Source: an uncultured Candidatus Saccharibacteria bacterium
GTDB lineage: Bacteria > Patescibacteriota > Minisyncoccia > Phycocordibacterales > CAIRYW01
Length of the DNA stretch: 64,000 bases
Direction of reading: 5' to 3'
NCBI GenBank assembly: GCA_964386665.1
Contig: CAYLQP010000002.1
Location: forward strand, 105-64,104
This document shows, in pieces, positions 20,538-29,458 of the stretch. The notes under the pieces are model-generated. The model saw nothing but the letters and a program-made list of their open reading frames with translations, had not been told where the DNA came from and searched no databases. Position 1 is the first letter of the stretch, and every line of letters begins with the position of its first letter. The position numbers were made by a program, and so were the translations under genes.

Positions 20538-22334
20538 TTACTCCCCCGTCTTCATCATTTTAAGAAACACGTCGTGAGGGATATTCACATTCTTTTTACC
20601 GTGTTCTAACATTTTCTTTTTTCCTTTCTTTTGTTTCTCAAGTAGTTTCATCTTTCGAGTAATGTCTCCTCCGTATAGATACCCCGTCACGTCTTTTCGA
20701 AGCGCCGAAAGCGATCGTGATGCAATAATTCGGCCATTTACTTTGGCCTGAATTTTGGTAGTAAACATTTGTCTTGGCAATACTTTTTCGAGTCGATCAA
20801 CCGCTTTGTTTGCTTCTTCTTCAGCGCGTCTTTGTGCAACCACTCGCGTAAAAGCCTCGATTACCTCATCAGCAACCAATATTTCCATTCTTGTTACATC
20901 CGCATCTCGAAGTGATTCAAATTCATACGAAAGTGACGCATATCCTGAAGACACACTTTTAAGCTCATCAAAAAAATTTCGCATCAACTCTCGAAGTGGC
21001 ATCTTAATTGCAATAGACGTTCGTCCATCTTTGAATGTTTCAGCATCTACCATTTCTGCTTCGTGATCATAAAGCAGTTGATACACATTTCCCACATACT
21101 GGCTTGGACAAATAACAGTGACTGCTACCCACGGCTCTTTGATCCCAATAATCTGACCGTGTTCAGGAAATAGTGATGGTGAATAGATAGTTGTTGTTTT
21201 GCCATTTTTTTCTGTGACTTCATAGGTAATAGTTGGAGTTGCAATCACAAGTGAGAGATTAAATTCTCTTTTGAGACGCTCGGTAATAATCTCAAGATGA
21301 AGCAATCCTAAGAAACCACATCGAAATCCCCGCCCAAGTGACCCGCTTGATTCTTCTTCAAATGAAAAAGCAGAATCAGAAAGTCGAAGTCTCGAAAGAG
21401 CTTGTTTTAAATTCTCAAATTCATCAGCGTCTTCTGGAAACACAGAGGCCCATACCACTGGACTTGGCTTTTCATAACCTGCAAGTGCTGGCAGTTGATT
21501 TCGAAAGAGCGTAATCGTATCTCCAACCGAAGCAACTCCTGGACGCTTGATTCCAGTCACGATAAATCCAATTTCACCTTTTGAAAGCAGACCGACTGTT
21601 TTTTCTTCGGGCACAAACACCCCTACATCAAGTGCGTGAAATTTTTCGTTTGCAATTGTAAACACGAGTTCATCCCCTTTTTTTATACTCCCTTCGGTTA
21701 CTCGCACAAACACAATCACGCCTTTATGATTTGAATATTGGAAATCAAACACAAGAGCTCTTGCAGAACTCGTTTGCATCTCTTCTTTTGGAGGCGGAAT
21801 CTTTTCAACAATTCTTTGTAATAATTCGGGTACCCCTTCACCTGTTTTTCCTGATGCACCCAAAATATCATTTGGGTCACAATCAAGAATTCGCGCAACC
21901 TCGTCTCGAACTTCCTTTAGACGTGCAAGAGGAGAATCAATTTTACTAAGTACAGGAATGATAGTAAGTCCTGCTTCACGCGCCATACGAAGTGTGGTAA
22001 GAGTCTGAGCTTGAACTCCTTGGGTAGAATCAACAAGAAGGATCGAACCTTCAACAGCCTTAAGTGCTCGCGATACTTCATACGAGAAGTCAATGTGACC
22101 TGGGGTATCAATTAAGTTTAGAATATAATTTTCACCCCCTTGTTTGTATTCCATTCGAACAGGACGCATCTTGATTGTGATCCCTTTCTCTCTTTCAAGT
22201 TCCATATCATCGAGAACTTGGTCTTTCATTTTTCGGGCTTCAATCGTATGAGTCACTTCAAGCATTCGATCAGCAAGAGTTGATTTACCGTGGTCGATAT
22301 GGGCAATAATGGTGAAATTTCTAATATGGTTCAT
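20538..22334 (-). CDS. lepA: Elongation factor 4 (LepA)
   Basis: MNHIRNFTIIAHIDHGKSTLADRMLE, the translational GTPase G1-G5 motifs and a LepA C-terminal domain. Confidence 0.95.
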   Translation of the reverse strand: MNHIRNFTIIAHIDHGKSTLADRMLEVTHTIEARKMKDQVLDDMELEREKGITIKMRPVRMEYKQGGENYILNLIDTPGHIDFSYEVSRALKAVEGSILLVDSTQGVQAQTLTTLRMAREAGLTIIPVLSKIDSPLARLKEVRDEVARILDCDPNDILGASGKTGEGVPELLQRIVEKIPPPKEEMQTSSARALVFDFQYSNHKGVIVFVRVTEGSIKKGDELVFTIANEKFHALDVGVFVPEEKTVGLLSKGEIGFIVTGIKRPGVASVGDTITLFRNQLPALAGYEKPSPVVWASVFPEDADEFENLKQALSRLRLSDSAFSFEEESSGSLGRGFRCGFLGLLHLEIITERLKREFNLSLVIATPTITYEVTEKNGKTTTIYSPSLFPEHGQIIGIKEPWVAVTVICPSQYVGNVYQLLYDHEAEMVDAETFKDGRTSIAIKMPLRELMRNFFDELKSVSSGYASLSYEFESLRDADVTRMEILVADEVIEAFTRVVAQRRAEEEANKAVDRLEKVLPRQMFTTKIQAKVNGRIIASRSLSALRKDVTGYLYGGDITRKMKLLEKQKKGKKKMLEHGKKNVNIPHDVFLKMMKTGE

Positions 22335-22440
22335 AAATTTCAGTTAAATATAGCGCAAAATATAGTTTTTGAATGCTTGACATAACAATAATAATGTGCC
22401 AAGATATCTCCAGCTTTTCGCTCATTTACATAAAGGAATT

Positions 22441-22493
22441 TGAATCAGCGTTTTGGGCAGAAATCTCAAGCTTCTGTCCAAAATGCTGATTCA
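22441..22493 (+). ncRNA. Long RNA hairpin with a 22-bp stem in the 5' region of the 22560 gene
   Basis: TGAATCAGCGTTTTGGGCAGAA, a 9-nt loop, then TTCTGTCCAAAATGCTGATTCA. The two mismatches are G-U wobbles only when the + strand is transcribed and C-A on the other strand. That asymmetry points to RNA-level selection on the + strand. Confidence 0.5.
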
Positions 22494-22559
22494 AAGTCTC
22501 CCGTGTGGGAATTTCTTTGACTTAGCGAGTCTTGTCACCTGTGGCTTAATCCCAACAGC

Positions 22560-23033
22560 GTGAGCTTGTCCGCGAGACAGTGGAGAATCCACAAAATAAT
22601 GAAAATCCAACCAGATGGCCCAGACGTTCAAAAAGCACTCAAAGATGGTCGGGTTGACCATCCTGTTTTTAGTGCAATCATGAACATGGTTAACGACACC
22701 TTTCGCTATCAGATCAATCCTCTGCCAATATTGCGCCAGCGATTTCCAGGATTCAACTGGGAGCGAATCGTGGTGCGTGTTGATGGACAAATAGTAGCCA
22801 TCAACCCTAGTTGGCAATATGTATTCGAATCTGAAAGCAGCGAGTGCCACCTAGACGATCGGAACAACGATGAACCGACAATAGTGGTGGCTACTCCAAA
22901 GGACACTTCTCCGTCTAACAGGTATTATTTCACCGCTGGAGCTGACTGTGAAAGCGATACCGAGGACGATGGTTCATGCGAAAGCTTCATGGAAATGCTG
23001 GAAAATGCTGGCTTCATTGAAGTACCCAAGTAG
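22560..23033 (+). CDS. Hypothetical protein (acidic C-terminus), more G+C-rich than its surroundings
   Basis: GTG start, 157 aa. It has its own downstream terminator. G+C content is visibly higher than the neighbouring genes. No recognisable motif. Confidence 0.55.
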   Translation: MSLSARQWRIHKIMKIQPDGPDVQKALKDGRVDHPVFSAIMNMVNDTFRYQINPLPILRQRFPGFNWERIVVRVDGQIVAINPSWQYVFESESSECHLDDRNNDEPTIVVATPKDTSPSNRYYFTAGADCESDTEDDGSCESFMEMLENAGFIEVPK

Positions 23034-23092
23034 AAAAACAGCTCGAAATGGACTAGCGCAACATCACTCGATGTTAACTGGACACTTTTACA

Positions 23093-23129
23093 GCCGGATT
23101 TTGCGCAAGCAGAATCCGGCCTTTTTTTT
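23093..23129 (+). terminator. Intrinsic terminator of the 22560-23033 gene
   Basis: GCCGGATTttgcgcaagcagAATCCGGC followed by a T9 run. Confidence 0.8.
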
Positions 23130-23191
23130 ATTTTTCTCTTTCAGTTTTTTTATACAACCTAACACCTTACACCTAAAAGCTAAACGCCTCT

Positions 23192-24874
23192 CTACTTCAT
23201 ATCACTTTGATCTGGCACCACTACCTCTGGTTTTTTCCAGAATTTTCGATGAAGTGTTCTTCCTACTTCAAACAACTCTTTGCTTCCCAAAATATGAAGC
23301 GTCACAATCCCGCTTCCAATTCCTACAATTCCCGCAAGAAGTCCTTGAAAAAAGATTCCCCACAAACGAGTAAGATCAAACAAATTATCAAAAATATTAA
23401 GTCCAATATAACTTCCAAATCCAATCATCACCGCCGCACAAAAAGACTGAAACAATGTTTTATTAATCCCCTTCCAAAGACCTTTGAAATCTTTTTCAAA
23501 TATATATATAAACAAAAAGGCATTTATAAGTGATCCAATCGAAAAGCCAAGTGGAAGCGCGATGATTTCAGTTCCTTCGATTTGAGAGATTTTGAATATA
23601 TGTTCGAGAAACGTGAGTGTACTTGGCACTTCTTTAAACAAAAACAAAAAAAACAAAGGAAAGACTACGAGCAACACTGAAGAGACAGTGTTAATGATAA
23701 GTGGTTTCTTGGTGCTTCCCGCAGCATAATACGCTCTCACAAAAAGCATACACAAACACTGTGCCGCAGCAGCAAATGCAAAAATCGCAAGACATGCGGC
23801 AGTGAGTCTTGTGTTGTCCCACGAAAAATTTCCACTCCCCAAAACCACACGAACAATTTGAGCTCTAAGCACGACAAAGAAAGCAATAACAGGAAGTGAC
23901 AAGAAAATAATATGCTTTGTTGCAACAATTATCGTTTCAGTGTATTTCTTTTTCTCACCAGAAGAAAATAGTTTTGAAAGCAGTGGAAACGCCGCCATAG
24001 AGTAACTCAGTCCTATCATAAGAAGTGGTACGGACTGAAGATTGTACGCAAGGTTAAAGATTGAAATAGAACCAGCCTGAAGCGTTGATGCAATCGCAAC
24101 AAGTCCAATAAGTGCAATACTTCCAAGTGCAAGACCAATAGTACGAGGAAGTGCTACATCAAAGATTTTTCTGATTGCTTTGATTTTGATTGGCAACACA
24201 ATATCAGGCAACAACCCAGTTTTACTCACAAATGGAACTTGAATAAATCCGTGCAAAAATGCACCCAAAAGTACCCCTGCGATAACTCCCCCAAGCCCAA
24301 AAATAGGTCTTAAGAAAATAATTCCAAACAAAATAGCTGCGTTATAAATAATTGGACAAATTGCATATAAGACAAAGCGTCTATGTGTCTGAGTAATACT
24401 TGCAAACAAGTTTGAAATTCCCATAAACAAGGGTGACAGAAGAAGAATACGACTAAAATGAACTATGTTTTCAATACTTCCCGCATCCATTTGGCTGAAC
24501 AAAAACCGAGTCAATGTCGGCATAAAAATGAACGCAATCACCGACACAAAAATAATTAATACAAAAAAGAGTGAAAATACATTATCAATAAATTCTTTTG
24601 TACTTTCTTTTCCTTCATTTATTTTCTCTTGAAGAAACGGTATTACAATCGAAACAGAAATAAATGATCCAACCATTACGAAAATAAAATCAGGAATACG
24701 AAATGAGGCATAATACACATCAAGCATTTCTCCTGCACCATAAAAGTACGTAAGCATTCTATCTCGAAAGAGACCGAGGATTTGAGATAGCAATGTAAAG
24801 AAAGCAAGGAAGTACGCAGCATTGTGAATGTTTGCGATTTCTTTATTTACAAGACCAAATATTTTTTTTACCAT
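23192..24874 (-). CDS. murJ: Lipid II flippase MurJ/MviN
   Basis: About 14 TM helices. The N-terminal region (FFTLLSQILGLFRDRMLTYFYGAG...SFRIPDFIF) is typical of MurJ. The track ORF extends by GTG to 24898, which would run into the rnpB terminator. I prefer the ATG at 24874. Confidence 0.85.
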   Translation of the reverse strand: MVKKIFGLVNKEIANIHNAAYFLAFFTLLSQILGLFRDRMLTYFYGAGEMLDVYYASFRIPDFIFVMVGSFISVSIVIPFLQEKINEGKESTKEFIDNVFSLFFVLIIFVSVIAFIFMPTLTRFLFSQMDAGSIENIVHFSRILLLSPLFMGISNLFASITQTHRRFVLYAICPIIYNAAILFGIIFLRPIFGLGGVIAGVLLGAFLHGFIQVPFVSKTGLLPDIVLPIKIKAIRKIFDVALPRTIGLALGSIALIGLVAIASTLQAGSISIFNLAYNLQSVPLLMIGLSYSMAAFPLLSKLFSSGEKKKYTETIIVATKHIIFLSLPVIAFFVVLRAQIVRVVLGSGNFSWDNTRLTAACLAIFAFAAAAQCLCMLFVRAYYAAGSTKKPLIINTVSSVLLVVFPLFFLFLFKEVPSTLTFLEHIFKISQIEGTEIIALPLGFSIGSLINAFLFIYIFEKDFKGLWKGINKTLFQSFCAAVMIGFGSYIGLNIFDNLFDLTRLWGIFFQGLLAGIVGIGSGIVTLHILGSKELFEVGRTLHRKFWKKPEVVVPDQSDMK

Positions 24875-24898
24875 TTTTGTTTCTTGGTATTTTAACAC

Positions 24899-24921
24899 AA
24901 AACGCGCATTACTGCGCGTTT
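24899..24921 (-). terminator. Intrinsic terminator of RNase P RNA
   Basis: In RNA sense: AACGCGCAguaaUGCGCGUUUUGUG. Confidence 0.75.
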
Positions 24922-25270
24922 TGTGTCTTGTCTATAAGCCGAATTCTGTTCAAGCATCTGTCGTAAGACAGATAAGCTTTTGATAATCATTTATCTAGGG
25001 ACTTTGTTACCAAAATCCTCAAGCGGCACTTCCGTCAAAGACGGACACGGCCTTGCACACAAGTAAGGGTTTAGCCGTTGCATTCTCTATGTTGCCATAA
25101 AGATTTATCCAATTGCTTGGATACCTTATCCTTTCGGAATCAGGCGTCACTGTTCGCACCTCTAGGATTGCTCCAGACGGGGGTTACCCGCTACCCTTGT
25201 CTTATCAAAAAGACTATGTGTTCGGACTTTCCTCAAGAAAACAAGTTTCCTGCGATTATCCGACAAGAAA
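24922..25270 (-). ncRNA. rnpB: RNase P RNA (bacterial type A-like)
   Basis: In RNA sense it has GAGGAAAGUCCGAAC (P4 5' strand) and ACAGAAUUCGGCUUAU (P4 3' strand). The GG->AA change in the 5' strand is compensated by CC->UU in the 3' strand relative to E. coli. P2 is GAUAAUC/GAUUAUC. CUAGAUAAAUGA, GCUUGAGG and GGAGCAA blocks are present. A promoter lies upstream and a terminator downstream. Confidence 0.88.
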
Positions 25271-25273
25271 AAA

Positions 25274-25301
25274 ATTATACCACAAATAAACGATTATTCA
25301 A
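25274..25301 (-). promoter_or_regulatory. Sigma70-like promoter of rnpB
   Basis: In RNA sense: TTGAAT (-35), a spacer of about 16-17 nt, then TGgTATAAT (extended -10), 6-7 nt before the P1 5' end. Confidence 0.7.
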
Positions 25302-25740
25302 AATCACACAGAAGTGTTTCTCCTATACTTATTTCTTGAGCAAGCGGATTTACCTCAACGACAAACAAACTTTCTTTTTCAGGATAAAATACTTCTGGAT
25401 ATGAAGACGGCAAAGCCTCTCTTACAAACCCAGTCACTGTACAGTTTTGATCAAGCCATATAATTGAAATAGGGAAATTCATTTCTTTCATCCAAAACCC
25501 ATACATCCCTAACTCATTAAATACAAATAAGAGACCTTGATCTCTTGGCAAACTCGATCTACCACTTAACCCTTTTTCTCTTTCACCTGATGTCTTTAGT
25601 ACTTCCAGATTATATGTATCACCACCTATATGAATCATAGTGGTCGAAGCTGGAGAAAAAAAAGAAAAAATAACCACGAACAAAAACAAAGAAAGACCTA
25701 TTATCATATACACTACACCTTGTCTTTTTTTCTTGTTCAT
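25294..25740 (-). CDS. DUF192 family protein
   Basis: N-terminal TM anchor followed by GLSGRSSLPRDQGLLFVF...GFWMKEMNFPISIIWLD, matching the DUF192/COG1430 signature. Confidence 0.7.
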   Translation of the reverse strand: MNKKKRQGVVYMIIGLSLFLFVVIFSFFSPASTTMIHIGGDTYNLEVLKTSGEREKGLSGRSSLPRDQGLLFVFNELGMYGFWMKEMNFPISIIWLDQNCTVTGFVREALPSSYPEVFYPEKESLFVVEVNPLAQEISIGETLLCDFE

Positions 25741-25743
25741 TTT

Positions 25744-26574
25744 TTATAGATGAATTTTTTTCGAAATGATTTTTTGACCAAAAAACCTCTTTCCGAGTCG
25801 ATCAAATTTTTCTTTTGAATCCGTAGTAAAAAATTCTTGTTTTTTATTTTTTGATAATTTCGTTTCTATTTCTTTGTGACGTGATAGATATGATTGGAGT
25901 TTAGTAGCCACTACTTTTCCTTCGGAGATCACACAAGCATTCTTTGCAATGCTTTTTATATACGGTTCGAGTATTTCATAATGAGTACAACCAAGGATTA
26001 GGGTATCCACACCACTTTTTAATGCCTTGGTCACGTATTGTTTTGTAAGAATTTGTGCACTCTCACTCTTGTCTTCCCCTGCTTCAATAAGTGGCACAAG
26101 AAGCGGTGCAGGAACTTCATATACGTGCATCGTCTTGTCTAATTTTTTGATTTCTCTTTTAAATGCACCTGATGAGATAGTTGCTTCTGTTGCGATGACT
26201 GCAACTTTTTTGTTTCTCGTCTTTGCCACAGCCTCTTCTGCTCCAGGAATAACTACACCCAACACTTTCTTTGTTGGATATGTTTTGAGTAAATGTTCTT
26301 GCTGAATAATTCGAAGTGCTTCACTTGAAGCAGTGTTACAAGCAAGAATCACAAGCTCTGCACCCTGCGAAAACAAGAAATCGATTCCTTGTAATGTAAA
26401 TTCCAAAATCATCTCTTGGGACCTATTTCCATAAGGAGCTCGTGCAGTATCACCCAAATACACGTAATTATATTCTGGAAGTTTCTTCACAATTGCTTTC
26501 AAAATAGAAAGCCCCCCAAACCCAGAATCAAACACTCCTATTTTTCCAACTTTTTTTTCTTTTTTAGAATTCAT
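25744..26574 (-). CDS. murI: Glutamate racemase MurI
   Basis: IGVFDSGFGGLSILKAI...YLGDTARAPYG...ILGCTHY. I trimmed the start to MNSKKEKK, because the track ORF's 32-aa extension overlaps the upstream gene. Confidence 0.9.
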   Translation of the reverse strand: MNSKKEKKVGKIGVFDSGFGGLSILKAIVKKLPEYNYVYLGDTARAPYGNRSQEMILEFTLQGIDFLFSQGAELVILACNTASSEALRIIQQEHLLKTYPTKKVLGVVIPGAEEAVAKTRNKKVAVIATEATISSGAFKREIKKLDKTMHVYEVPAPLLVPLIEAGEDKSESAQILTKQYVTKALKSGVDTLILGCTHYEILEPYIKSIAKNACVISEGKVVATKLQSYLSRHKEIETKLSKNKKQEFFTTDSKEKFDRLGKRFFGQKIISKKIHL

Positions 26575-27211
26575 ATTCTTTACCAATTTCAAGTACAGAA
26601 AAATTAATTCCGTTTTCAGGTAATGCAATTGAGATAGCTCCTTTATTAATAGATTTATAACCAAACTCATTCAGCTGACCATCATGAACAGGTATTGCCA
26701 CCTTCGGCTTCAAAGATAAGGCAAATTCGATCGAATCTTTTACTCGACACCAAGGACCTTGGACCGGCAAAAGAAGTATTTCGGTCTGTTTGTTTGGATT
26801 AAAGAAAGCATCTCCTGGATAATAAAGTCTTTCACCAATAAAATATCCTGTATTTATTACTCGACTAATATCTTTATAAATTTCAACATGTTCTTTTCCA
26901 AAACCCTTTAACACTAAATCATTTATCACCTCAGTCTCTCCATCTTCAACAACTTTTACATTCAAAATATTTTCTTTTTTTAATAATTCATTTACTGAAC
27001 TATTTGTCACAATTAACGCTTCTGGATTATTTTTCAAAATTTCTTTTACTGAATCGATATGAAAGTGGTCAGCGTGTTCGTGAGTAATGAGCACGATATC
27101 AATATTTTTGATTTCATTTTGTGTTGTTGTATAAGTTCCAGGATCAGTAAGAACCCTTACTCCTTTTTCTTCAATAAGCAAACAACAATGTCCAAATTTT
27201 GTGATTTTCAT
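26564..27211 (-). CDS. MBL-fold metallo-hydrolase
   Basis: HxHxDH motif (IVLITHEHADHFH) and a downstream His/Asp. Confidence 0.8.
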   Translation of the reverse strand: MKITKFGHCCLLIEEKGVRVLTDPGTYTTTQNEIKNIDIVLITHEHADHFHIDSVKEILKNNPEALIVTNSSVNELLKKENILNVKVVEDGETEVINDLVLKGFGKEHVEIYKDISRVINTGYFIGERLYYPGDAFFNPNKQTEILLLPVQGPWCRVKDSIEFALSLKPKVAIPVHDGQLNEFGYKSINKGAISIALPENGINFSVLEIGKEYEF

Positions 27212-27280
27212 CTTTGATTATAATTTGTTTAATCTGTGGCTACAGTTTTTTTGATCTGATGTTTCTAGAAAAAAAACTTA

Positions 27281-27895
27281 TTATAATTTTATTTTTGAAG
27301 TTAAAAAATTAAAAAACTGAATTAAAACAGAACTCTTGTTTGAACGACGTTTTATATCTTGGAGAATCTGTGTGCGTTCTTCTTCTGTTTTATTAAGAAG
27401 TCGAACGATATCAAAGGACTGTAATTTCATTCCACAAAACACAAAGATCCCAAAATACCATATCTTTATAAAAGGAAGTCCAAGTAAATAATAAATCGGT
27501 ACAGGTCCATCGCACGTGATATAGAGTCTTACTTTCTTGTCTGTGAGGTGAGGAATTCTTTTGCCGTTTTCGTAATGAAATGCAAATCCCGCGGTAATGT
27601 TTTGATCCAAGAAGTTTTTCATAATGGCCGGCATATTGAGCCACCAAAGAGGGTGAATGAATACATACTCATCGGCCTCTTTCATTTTGTTTTGAATCTG
27701 TGTTCGAATTGGATTCTCTAATTTCAGTTCTTGTCTTGATTCAAAAGACAGGAAATCTTGTTTTAGATCTGTTTTATAGAGATCAAAAATCTCAACATTC
27801 TTCCCTTCTTTTTCTCTTTCTTCTTTTAAGAGAGTGGCGATTCTATGTGTAAATGCATTTGTTGCAGGATGCGCTGTGATGATGAGTGTTTTCAT
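27281..27895 (-). CDS. Flavodoxin-like fold NAD(P)H-dependent oxidoreductase (MdaB/azoreductase-like)
   Basis: MKTLIITAHP N-terminus, followed by the WWLNMPAIMKNFLD segment typical of flavodoxin_2 family FMN reductases. Confidence 0.65.
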   Translation of the reverse strand: MKTLIITAHPATNAFTHRIATLLKEEREKEGKNVEIFDLYKTDLKQDFLSFESRQELKLENPIRTQIQNKMKEADEYVFIHPLWWLNMPAIMKNFLDQNITAGFAFHYENGKRIPHLTDKKVRLYITCDGPVPIYYLLGLPFIKIWYFGIFVFCGMKLQSFDIVRLLNKTEEERTQILQDIKRRSNKSSVLIQFFNFLTSKIKL

Positions 27896-27898
27896 AAC

Positions 27899-29458
27899 TT
27901 ATATAGTAAACGTTTTTAAATTAATAGTTACATTTGTTCCCTTTCCTTCTTCACTTGTAATTGATATGGATCCTCCGCAAGCCTCGATAATGTTTTTTAC
28001 AATATAAATACCAAGTCCTGATCCATATGTATTTTGTCGAAGTGCATTATCTGCCCTAAAGAACCTGTCTCCTACTCGTTTCTGTACTTCAAGTGGAATT
28101 CCGATACCATAATCAATCACCGAAAGAGAAACAATTCCTGTGGACTCTTCCTTAGCCAACAGAACAATCGAACTTTCAGGAGAACTGTATCGAATCGCAT
28201 TATCAATAACTGCCGAAAGTACGTATTTAAACTTATCTTTATCCACTGCAACCAGAGATTTAACCGTTACCTCTCGTTTAAATGTAAGCTCTTTCCGTTT
28301 TGCTATTTCAGCTACTGTTGCAAGCACCTCATCAAGCATTGTATTGAGATCAATAGATGCGATCTTGTATACCGCTTTGTTATTCATAATATCATCGGCC
28401 ATCAATATCTCGTTAACAACATTATTCATTGAATCATTTGTAATCATCGCGTCTTCTACTACTTTCTTTTGTGTATCGGTCAAAGGTCCTGTATCTTCTT
28501 CTTTTAGCAAACTCAGTGCCCATTTGACTGCTACAAGCGGTGTTCGCATTTGGTGTCCTACAAGGGAAATAAACTCCGATTTTCTTTGATCGAGTTCTTG
28601 CAAATCAGCATATGCTTTTTTTAATTCTACTACTCGTTCTTCAACCTTTTGTTCAAGTTGTTTATTTAATATCTCAAGTTCGTTTGTCTTCTCTCGAACC
28701 CGTTCTTCAAGTTCTCCTTTTGATAACATCGAAAGCCATGCATTAAGGTTCAACACTCGTTCAGGGATAACCACAAGAACCTCTGATACAATCTCTGAGT
28801 TATATACCTTGTGTAGTTTTTCATACACTCCATTAAAAAGCTGTTTTGTTACATCATTACCAAACGAAACCTCCACTCTTTCAGAAAAGACTTCGAAGTA
28901 CACTTTAAACAAAGATAAGATTTGCTCCTCTGCTTCACGCTTGGCTCGTAATACTTCAGTGTTAAATTGCCTAAAGTCAAACCCATCTTTTGTAATATTT
29001 ACTTTTTCTGATATCTCGTTAATCGTAAGAGATGCATTTGTAGTAATAAGCACATCAATACCAAGGTTGTCGATTACATACAAAGAAACAAAGTGAAGAA
29101 AAAGTTCTGCAAGATAAATAATCTGTATTTCTCGTTTTTCAAAAATCAGTCCAAATGCAATATCAACTTTATTTAAAGGAATTTCTGTGTTGATTTTTTT
29201 GCGTAATATACTTGCAGTCAAAACTTCTCCTGATCCCACTTTTTGCTGAGTAATAACAAAATCCTCCCAATCAAGATAAAGCCGAGTAAATGTAAATATA
29301 TCAGCACTGCGAGATTTTTTTAGTCCTTCTAACTTGTACCAAAAATCATCTCGAATACTTGCATCAGGTGTAAGTGTTGCAAGGATATTGAACACCTTAC
29401 CCATATCTTCATTTCTTGAAAAGCAAGTTTCTTTTTGTTTTGAAAAAAAACCAAACAT
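27899..29458 (-). CDS. Sensor histidine kinase (soluble, no TM segment)
   Basis: H-box (FISLVGHQMRTPL) and HATPase_c G-boxes (GSGLGIYIVKNIIEACGG). The N-terminal 250 aa are of unknown fold, followed by a coiled coil. Confidence 0.85.
   Translation of the reverse strand: MFGFFSKQKETCFSRNEDMGKVFNILATLTPDASIRDDFWYKLEGLKKSRSADIFTFTRLYLDWEDFVITQQKVGSGEVLTASILRKKINTEIPLNKVDIAFGLIFEKREIQIIYLAELFLHFVSLYVIDNLGIDVLITTNASLTINEISEKVNITKDGFDFRQFNTEVLRAKREAEEQILSLFKVYFEVFSERVEVSFGNDVTKQLFNGVYEKLHKVYNSEIVSEVLVVIPERVLNLNAWLSMLSKGELEERVREKTNELEILNKQLEQKVEERVVELKKAYADLQELDQRKSEFISLVGHQMRTPLVAVKWALSLLKEEDTGPLTDTQKKVVEDAMITNDSMNNVVNEILMADDIMNNKAVYKIASIDLNTMLDEVLATVAEIAKRKELTFKREVTVKSLVAVDKDKFKYVLSAVIDNAIRYSSPESSIVLLAKEESTGIVSLSVIDYGIGIPLEVQKRVGDRFFRADNALRQNTYGSGLGIYIVKNIIEACGGSISITSEEGKGTNVTINLKTFTI

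Noticed and set aside
22377-22405. Sigma70 promoter for the 22560 gene (perfect TTGACA at 22377-22382)
   Set aside because: I could not identify a convincing -10 hexamer at 17 +/- 1 nt spacing, so I did not list it as a feature.
22491-22850. 119-aa minus-strand ORF overlapping the 22560 gene
   Set aside because: It is mutually exclusive with the + strand ORF. The + strand is favoured by its downstream terminator with a T-run in the + orientation and by the + strand-specific G-U hairpin. This remains somewhat uncertain.
25078-25404. 108-aa + strand ORF
   Set aside because: It lies entirely within and antisense to the RNase P RNA gene and its promoter.
28034-28589. Two + strand ORFs (132 and 149 aa)
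   Set aside because: They are antisense within the histidine kinase gene and have no motifs.
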